A stretch of 22,968 nt of DNA, taken from Polyangiales bacterium (GTDB lineage Bacteria > Myxococcota_A > Polyangia > Polyangiales > Houyiibacteriaceae). The notes beneath the pieces were generated by a model. It worked only from the letters and a program-made list of their open reading frames with translations, was not told the origin of the DNA and searched no databases. The stretch covers positions 1 to 22,968 of the forward strand of contig JBGCFM010000027.1 in the NCBI GenBank assembly GCA_045106895.1, written 5' to 3'. Position numbers and translations under genes: made by a program. Below, piece after piece: positions 17,337 to 22,968 of this stretch (the stretch's first letter is position 1; every line of letters begins with the position of its first letter).

Positions 17337-18716
17337 CTACATCGCGGGGGGCACGACGACGGCCACTGGCGTGGAGGTGCGCTCCCGAGACACGGGACCG
17401 TTCTCGCCGAGCTGACGCTGGTCGTTCCAGCCCCAACATTCGACGCCGTCCGCCGAGACTCCGCAGGCGTTGGCAAAGTTCACGTCGAGGCCCGTGAACG
17501 TCGATTCCGAATCGACCATCACGGGTGTCGCGGTGCAATCGACGCTCTCGGAACCAACGGTGCAGGCGTCGTGCGTGCCGACCGCTGCGCCATCGCCGAG
17601 CTGACCTTCGTCGTTGCGACCCCAGCACATGATGTTGCCGTCGGTCGTAAGCGCACATGTGGTCTCGCCGCCGGCGCGAATGAGCGTCGCTGAAACGCCT
17701 GGGACCATCGTGGGGACGGCCTCGGACGGCGTGTATGTGCCAAGGCCTAGCTGACCGGCACCGTTGTTGCCCCAGCACCAGACCTCTGTACCCACAAGCG
17801 CACATGCGTGGTTGCTGCCAAGGGCGAGCTGGGTTGCGGTGCCTTCGAGGGCGGCGGTCACAGGCGCCGGCGAGCAGTCGTACGTAACGACGCCGTTACC
17901 GCAGAGGACGTGCTCTTCGACGTTGTCTCCGAGCTGAAGGCTGCTGTTGTCGCCCCAGCACTGAACCCCTTCGCCGTTGCGAACGCATGCAAACTGACCA
18001 CCCGTCGAGAAAGCGAGCTCCTCGACGCCGCTGAGCCCAACGACGTCGGCGGGCGTGAGCTGTTCGACCTGCGTGCCGTCACCGACCTGGGCGCTGTCGT
18101 TGTTACCGATGCACTGAACCCCGCCGGCGGCGGTGAGAACGCAGGTATTGCCAAAGCCGCGGGAGACCGCCGTGAAGTCTGCGAACCCTTCGACGAGTTC
18201 AGGCTCAAAGCGTCGAACGCGCTGGTCCGTTCCAACAGGAGGAGCGTCGGAGAGTCCCCAACAAGAGAGGCCCGCTTCGGTGGTGGCGCAGACGCCTGGG
18301 CCGCCAGGATGGATGGCGGAGGCTTCAACGTTCCTCACGCGGACAGCGCCGGGGGAGCAGTCCAGGGGATCGGGGTCGCCCTCGCCGCAGGTGGTTCCGT
18401 GTCGCATTCGGTCGTCGCCGAGCTGACCAAAGAGGTTCGCGCCCCAGCACCAAACTTCTGAGTTGCGGAGTCGTGCGCAGATGGCGCTGGAGTTCACGCC
18501 GACCTCGAGGACGTCACAATCCTCGCCGCAATCGGGCACGTTGGCGTCCGGCGGGGGACCGGCGTCGGGGTCGGGACCAACGTCTGGCGTGGAGGTATCT
18601 CCTGCGCCGACATCGCCGGCTCCGGAGTCCATGGGACCAACATCAGTGGTGCTGTCGTCGTCGCCACATCCGATGGCGAGGCCGAGCACACAAAGCAAAG
18701 CAAGAGTTCGATTCAT
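17337..18716 (-). CDS. RCC1/BLIP-II-repeat beta-propeller lipoprotein
   Basis: Lipobox LAIG-C and Asp/Pro/DAG linker; seven repeats of C…G.V.CWG.N..GQLG (e.g. VWCWGANLFGQLG, VQCWGDNSSLQLG, VWCWGNNGAGQLG, IMCWGRNDEGQLG, VECWGWNDQRQLG). Confidence 0.92.
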   Translation of the reverse strand: MNRTLALLCVLGLAIGCGDDDSTTDVGPMDSGAGDVGAGDTSTPDVGPDPDAGPPPDANVPDCGEDCDVLEVGVNSSAICARLRNSEVWCWGANLFGQLGDDRMRHGTTCGEGDPDPLDCSPGAVRVRNVEASAIHPGGPGVCATTEAGLSCWGLSDAPPVGTDQRVRRFEPELVEGFADFTAVSRGFGNTCVLTAAGGVQCIGNNDSAQVGDGTQVEQLTPADVVGLSGVEELAFSTGGQFACVRNGEGVQCWGDNSSLQLGDNVEEHVLCGNGVVTYDCSPAPVTAALEGTATQLALGSNHACALVGTEVWCWGNNGAGQLGLGTYTPSEAVPTMVPGVSATLIRAGGETTCALTTDGNIMCWGRNDEGQLGDGAAVGTHDACTVGSESVDCTATPVMVDSESTFTGLDVNFANACGVSADGVECWGWNDQRQLGENGPVSRERTSTPVAVVVPPAM

Positions 18717-18782
18717 GGGACTCCAGTAATCGCCGAGGCCTCCGCCGTCAAACGAGCGAAGCTCACCGAGAGCCTGGAGCGT

Positions 18783-20297
18783 TCACTCAGGTCGTCGGGT
18801 GAGACCCACCTCGAGGATAGTGCGGGTCCCCTCCTGGAGATTAACTTGCTGGATGAATGGCTCAAAACCTAGCTTTTCAACACGAACTTCATGAAGTCCG
18901 GGGGTTGTCTCCAGTGTCCCTGGATGGTGCCTGGGTCCCTGATCAAAGACCACCGTCGCCCCGTCCGGAGCGTGGATGATTAGCTCCGTGGGGGCATCCT
19001 CCCCGATGGATGCCGCCAGAACGCCAACCAGAAAGGACGCCAAGGCCACCACCGCCACGATGACCACAAGCGGCCCACGTTTCGTCGTTTTTGCGGGCGT
19101 TTTCGACGGAGCGACCGGCTCCTCCGAGGGCTTCGTCACCGTCTCCGCGCCGTCCGAAGACAGCGTCAGGAACGGAGGTGCGATCGGAGAGTCGTCGCTC
19201 TTCTTGGCGCGGCGCACGGGATGAACGACGGGGTCGACGAGCGTCTTCTCAATGTGTTTTCCGAGCTCAGACCAACCGTCGGAGGTTGCGCCGTCATCAC
19301 CAAGCGGTTCCGTCCCGAGGCGCGTCACCACGGTACCGGCGGCCCGCGGAGCGCTTCGGTCATCGGCGAGAACATCCGGAAAGAGGGCGCGCACGTATTG
19401 CGCGAGCTCCACAGTGCCGGTCGGACTCGCGAGGCCCCGCAGGTACTTTTCGAGGTCCACGCGCAACTCGAGGGCTTCTTGGTATCGGTCTTGGGGCGAC
19501 GGAGAGAGGGCTCGTCTCGCAACGGCCTCCAGGGTTCCCCCCAAGTTCCGAAGGCGGTTCGCGTCCGGGATCTGTCCTTCGCGTGCGAGCTCTTTGGCGA
19601 GCTCCTCGTCGTCGTGCGGAAAGAGCTCGTCTCCCGTGATCATCTCGAAGAGCAAGATGCCCACGTTGTAGAGGTCGCTTCGGGTGTCGAGGCGCTCCTG
19701 ACGCGCCTGTTCCGGGGAGAGATAGGCGGCCTTTCCGAGGAGCGAGGTATCAGCGCGCCCGGCGAGTTTCGCGACCCCGAAGTCCGCCACTTTGACCGCC
19801 CCGTCGAAGGACACAAGCACGTTCGATGGCGTCACATCGCGATGCACCACGCCGAGGCTGAGCTCGTTTTCGTCGGTGAGTCCGTGGGCGTGGGCCAAGC
19901 CTTCGCAAACAAAAGAAAGCAGCTTCACCGCGTGCCGTGCCGGAATCGCCCCCCCCCGCCGCGAACGATGGGCCACGATGCGCGCGCGCTCGATGAGCGC
20001 ATGAAGATCGACACCGCGAACGAGCTCCATGACGAGGTAGCCCGCGCCATCGTGTTCGCCAAAGTCATACACGTGAACCACGTTGGGGTGGTTCATCTGC
20101 GCGGCGACGCGCGCCTCATCGTTGAACAAGTCGGAGAGTTCAGGGTTTGCCGTCAGGTGCGGCAACATCCGCTTGACCACGAGGTCGCGCGCAAAGCCGG
20201 CGGGGCCAGACTTCCGTGCGAGGAAAATCTCCGCCATCCCTCCACGCGCAAGTTTGCGGAGGAGTGTGTACGGACCGATTGGAATGCCGGCGGCCAC
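18783..20297 (-). CDS. Hanks-type transmembrane Ser/Thr protein kinase with C-terminal PEGA-like domain
   Basis: LARGGMAEIFLA, VVKR, HPNVVHVYDFG, HRDVTPSNVL, DFG, GKAAYLSPEQ, SDLYNVG; TM LVVIVAVVALASFLVGVLAASI; PEGA-like APDGATVVFD…PGLHEVRVEKLGFEPF. Confidence 0.95.
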   Translation of the reverse strand: MAAGIPIGPYTLLRKLARGGMAEIFLARKSGPAGFARDLVVKRMLPHLTANPELSDLFNDEARVAAQMNHPNVVHVYDFGEHDGAGYLVMELVRGVDLHALIERARIVAHRSRRGGAIPARHAVKLLSFVCEGLAHAHGLTDENELSLGVVHRDVTPSNVLVSFDGAVKVADFGVAKLAGRADTSLLGKAAYLSPEQARQERLDTRSDLYNVGILLFEMITGDELFPHDDEELAKELAREGQIPDANRLRNLGGTLEAVARRALSPSPQDRYQEALELRVDLEKYLRGLASPTGTVELAQYVRALFPDVLADDRSAPRAAGTVVTRLGTEPLGDDGATSDGWSELGKHIEKTLVDPVVHPVRRAKKSDDSPIAPPFLTLSSDGAETVTKPSEEPVAPSKTPAKTTKRGPLVVIVAVVALASFLVGVLAASIGEDAPTELIIHAPDGATVVFDQGPRHHPGTLETTPGLHEVRVEKLGFEPFIQQVNLQEGTRTILEVGLTRRPE

Positions 20298-20303
20298 GGC
20301 GCG

Positions 20304-20309
20304 ACTTTA
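20304..20309 (-). promoter_or_regulatory. Putative -10 element (TAAAGT) 6 nt before the kinase GTG; leaderless transcript
   Basis: Minus strand reads TAAAGT-CGCGCC-GTG; no Shine-Dalgarno. Confidence 0.5.
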
Positions 20310-20581
20310 GAGCACATCTCACAACTACGCACGGCCACATTGCGGCAAGAGCACGCCGCCTTCGCTCATCCCCTCAGCTCGAAAATCCACCACAGTTCAC
20401 CGCTTCGCGGACAGCAAAATCGCAGCACTCTGACCCCAAGTGTGGCCAAGCATCGTGATGAGATGCGCTCTCCTGCGCGATTCCGAGAGATTGCAGCAGA
20501 AAGCGGGCGTATTCGTTGTGCGCGGCGCCGCGGGACCCGGTTCACGAAAGCCAGACCCGTGCGCAGGACTCGGATGTGGCT

Positions 20582-20587
20582 TAGGGT
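20582..20587 (+). promoter_or_regulatory. Putative -10 element (TAGGGT) 6 nt before the HAD GTG; leaderless transcript
   Basis: TAGGGT-GGCGCC-GTG; spacer identical to the one upstream of the LVIVD gene. Confidence 0.5.
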
Positions 20588-20593
20588 GGCGCC

Positions 20594-21286
20594 GTGGCTC
20601 AAGCTCCTACTGTTTTTCTCTTCGACATCGACGGCACACTCATCAGCACGGGAGGCGCCGGCAGACGTGCGATGGCGACGGCTTTTGGCGCCGTCTGCGA
20701 TGCTCCGGGTGCCCTCAACGGGGTCAAACTCGGGGGCATGACCGACCGACTGATCCTACGTGCCGGCTTTGAAGCCATCGGACGAACCTTCAGCGAAGAG
20801 CTCTTCAACGCGGTCATGGACGAGTACCTCAAGCATCTCACCGACGAAGTGAAGGCTTCGGAGGGCTACGTTGTCTATGAAGGCGTCCACGAGGCCGTCG
20901 AAGCCTGTCGCGCGATCCCGGACTCCGCGACGGGGTTGGGCACCGGGAATATCGAAGCCGGCGCGCGCATCAAGCTCAAGCGCTCGGGCCTGGAGCAGCA
21001 CTTCGCTTTTGGTGGATTCGGGAGCGACGCAGAGGACCGAGCGGAGCTCGTGGAAGCCGGCGCACGTCGCGGCGCGAAGGCGCTCGGCGTCCCTCGGGAG
21101 GAAGCCCGGGTTGTCATCATCGGTGACACCCCCCGTGACGTCTACGCCGCCCACGCCATCGGCGCGCGCTGCATCTGCGTGGCAACAGGCACTTTTAGCT
21201 TCGAAGAGCTCGAAGCAGCCTCCGCAGACGCTGTTTTTGAGACGCTGGCGTCTCCCGGCGCTGTAGACGCCATCATCGCCGCCTGA
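20594..21286 (+). CDS. HAD-superfamily hydrolase (phosphoglycolate phosphatase-like)
   Basis: Motif I FLFDIDGTL, motif II GLGTGN, FGGFGSD and motif IV IIGDTPRDV. Confidence 0.92.
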   Translation: MAQAPTVFLFDIDGTLISTGGAGRRAMATAFGAVCDAPGALNGVKLGGMTDRLILRAGFEAIGRTFSEELFNAVMDEYLKHLTDEVKASEGYVVYEGVHEAVEACRAIPDSATGLGTGNIEAGARIKLKRSGLEQHFAFGGFGSDAEDRAELVEAGARRGAKALGVPREEARVVIIGDTPRDVYAAHAIGARCICVATGTFSFEELEAASADAVFETLASPGAVDAIIAA

Positions 21287-21338
21287 GCGACCGAAAGGCC
21301 ATAGGCGCCATCCGCAGCCTCGTGGTACCACCACCCGG

Positions 21339-22535
21339 GTGAAGACGGGTCTGCTCACAACCAACGCCGGCGGCGAAATCGTCCTAAAACGAGTGCGCGT
21401 GCGCATTCTAAGTGGCGACTCGATCCATTCGGAGCTGCTCCTCGACTGCGGAACCCGAACCATCGGAAGCTCCCCGGATGCAGAGCTGACGGTCACCGAT
21501 CGCAGCGTCTCGCGCTTTCACGCGGAGCTCGGACTCCTCGCGGATGGCGTTCGGCTGCGCGACCTGGAGAGCACAAACGGCAGCTTTGTGGGGGGCCACC
21601 GGGTGGAGTCCATGGTGCTTCGCCCGCCGTGCGAGTTCGTCCTCGGAAAGGTCCGCGTCGGACTTAGCCCAGCGGATGTTCCTGCACCGAACATCGTTCC
21701 GGAGACCCGGAGCTTTGGAGACCTCGTCGGCGAGTCCCCCGCCATGCGGCGCGCTTTCGCGCTTCTCGAAACCGCAGCGCTCTCCGAGGTCGCGGTGCTC
21801 ATCGAAGGCGAAGACGGCACCGGGAAGACGAGCGCGGCGGCAACGCTTCACAAACGTTCCGCGCGTCGCGAGGGCCCTTTCATTGTCTTCGACGCCATCG
21901 CGCCCAGCTCGTTTGAGCGCGCCTGCCAAAGCGCCCGCGGCGGAACGCTCCTCGTCGAGAACATCGACTCGGCGGCACGGCCCCTCGCCGAAGGTCTCGA
22001 GGCGCTCTCTGGGCTCATCGAGCAAGGGGTGGAAGACGTACGCCTCATTTCGACATCGCGATGTGACCTGCGCGACGCAGTGCAGAGTGGGCGTTTCGCA
22101 CGCGCGCTCTACTTTCGCGTCGCAGGTCTCCGCGTTCATCTGCCTCCTCTGCGCGAGCGTCGTGAAGACGTTCCGCTCCTGCTTGAAGCCCTCGCGGGAC
22201 AGTTCGGCGTCGTAGGACTGGCAGAATCCATCGACGCGAGCGTGTTTCTTCGCTCACGTTTCGACGGAAATATCCGAGAGCTCCTGCAAGCGATGCAAGA
22301 GGCCGCGTCCACACTCCCGCGTGCATCTCAGGTGCCGCCGGCGCCCCCCGTTCCCGCGAACATGCCCGGTCTCCCGTTCAAGGCCGCCAAGGAACAGCTC
22401 CTCGACGCATTCGAGAAGCAGTACATTCAAGGGCTGCTCCAACGTCACCAGGGCAACATCAGCCGCGCCTCCGTCGAGGCGGACCTCGACCGAAACTACT
22501 TCTCCCGCTTAGCCAAGAAGCACGGACTGCGGTAG
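21339..22535 (+). CDS. FHA-domain NtrC-like regulator with a degenerate AAA+ domain and Fis-type HTH
   Basis: FHA IGS…DRSVSRFHA…LRDLESTNGSFV; Walker A GEDGTGKT; GAFTGA loop absent; Walker B degenerate (LLVENID); LPPLRERRED and GNIREL retained; HTH GNISRASVEADLDRNYFSRLAKKHGL. Confidence 0.88.
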   Translation: MKTGLLTTNAGGEIVLKRVRVRILSGDSIHSELLLDCGTRTIGSSPDAELTVTDRSVSRFHAELGLLADGVRLRDLESTNGSFVGGHRVESMVLRPPCEFVLGKVRVGLSPADVPAPNIVPETRSFGDLVGESPAMRRAFALLETAALSEVAVLIEGEDGTGKTSAAATLHKRSARREGPFIVFDAIAPSSFERACQSARGGTLLVENIDSAARPLAEGLEALSGLIEQGVEDVRLISTSRCDLRDAVQSGRFARALYFRVAGLRVHLPPLRERREDVPLLLEALAGQFGVVGLAESIDASVFLRSRFDGNIRELLQAMQEAASTLPRASQVPPAPPVPANMPGLPFKAAKEQLLDAFEKQYIQGLLQRHQGNISRASVEADLDRNYFSRLAKKHGLR

Positions 22536-22551
22536 TGCGTGGTCTTTGCCT

Positions 22552-22642
22552 GCGCCCAGAGTTTAGCACCCAGAGTTTAGCACCCAGAGTTTAGGACTCA
22601 GGGTTTTGGATTGAGCGCCCAGGGTTTGGGACCTAGGGGCTA
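22552..22642. repeat. Short tandem repeat (14-bp unit GCACCCAGAGTTTA, underlying 7-bp period) between convergent genes
   Basis: gcgccca gagttta gcaccca gagttta gcaccca gagttta ggactca gggtttt ggattga gcgccca gggtttg ggaccta ggggcta: three near-perfect 14-mers at 22552-22593 followed by degenerate copies. Confidence 0.85.
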
Positions 22643-22968
22643 AGCACGAGGTGAACTGCGACGGGACCGCCCGGGTGCGCCACCACGATGGTGCCGTCGG
22701 GCGCCGAGTCAAATCGCACCGTCAGGCTTTCGCCGAGGTAGTTGAGTGGTACGCGGCGTGCGATGGCGTCGCCGCGGTCGACGACGGTCAACGTGTCATC
22801 GGTGACCGTGCTCCGACCACCGGCATCGAGCAGCCCAGCGGTGTCGAGCAGCTGCCATGTTCCATCGTGTGCGCCACCACCGTCGAAGACGATGACCACG
22901 CCGCCACGGCGCAAGAAGGACATGAAGGCCGTTGCCCAGGTCGTCCCAAGCATCTGAAGTCCAGCGTT
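22633..22968 (-). CDS. Hypothetical protein, C-terminal part; the gene begins beyond the window
   Basis: The frame is open to the window edge (NAGLQMLGTTWATAFMSFLRRGGVVIVFDGGG…PVAVHLVLSP*) and has protein-like composition. Confidence 0.65.
   Translation of the reverse strand, partial: NAGLQMLGTTWATAFMSFLRRGGVVIVFDGGGAHDGTWQLLDTAGLLDAGGRSTVTDDTLTVVDRGDAIARRVPLNYLGESLTVRFDSAPDGTIVVAHPGGPVAVHLVLSP

Noticed and set aside
20310..20581. ncRNA or sigma54 promoter in the long kinase/HAD intergenic region
   Set aside because: No convincing long stem or tRNA-like fold seen; the best -24/-12 candidate (CGGCGTGCTCTTGC, minus strand) has 9-nt rather than 10-nt spacing.
21339..22535. Pseudogene call for the degenerate FHA regulator
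   Set aside because: There are no frameshifts or internal stops, and the FHA and HTH domains are well preserved.
22552..22642. CRISPR array
   Set aside because: Units are 7/14 bp and contiguous, with no unique spacers and no cas genes.

Overview
High-GC bacterial chromosomal window, most likely from a myxobacterium (Myxococcota, Polyangiales/Sandaracinus-like). This is inferred from the Asp/'DAG'-linker lipoproteins, Cys-rich exported proteins, a PEGA-type Ser/Thr kinase and an FHA-domain enhancer-binding protein. From left to right the window holds: (1) a minus-strand methylmalonyl-CoA mutase operon, mutA-mutB-meaB, running straight into a truncated ribonuclease D gene that the ORF track misses; (2) a TonB-like membrane-anchored protein and a stand-alone response regulator with a structured-looking 5' intergenic region; (3) a tightly packed minus-strand envelope block of a CX4CH cytochrome-like lipoprotein, an outer-membrane beta-barrel, a small protein, a membrane protein, an LVIVD/Ig-like lipoprotein and a beta-propeller/di-haem (bCcP/MauG-type) lipoprotein; (4) an alpha/beta hydrolase divergent from a PocR-domain sigma54 activator; (5) an RCC1-repeat lipoprotein and Ser/Thr kinase divergent from a HAD phosphatase and a degenerate FHA-AAA+-HTH regulator; (6) a heptamer/14-mer tandem repeat and a truncated hypothetical gene. 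The best candidate for an undescribed system is the translationally coupled LVIVD-Ig lipoprotein plus di-haem propeller lipoprotein pair, with the neighbouring CX4CH lipoprotein/beta-barrel pair. A recurring TAnnnT-N6-start codon pattern suggests widespread leaderless transcription. No rRNA, tRNA, CRISPR array or mobile element was seen. All assignments come from reading motifs by eye; no searches were run.
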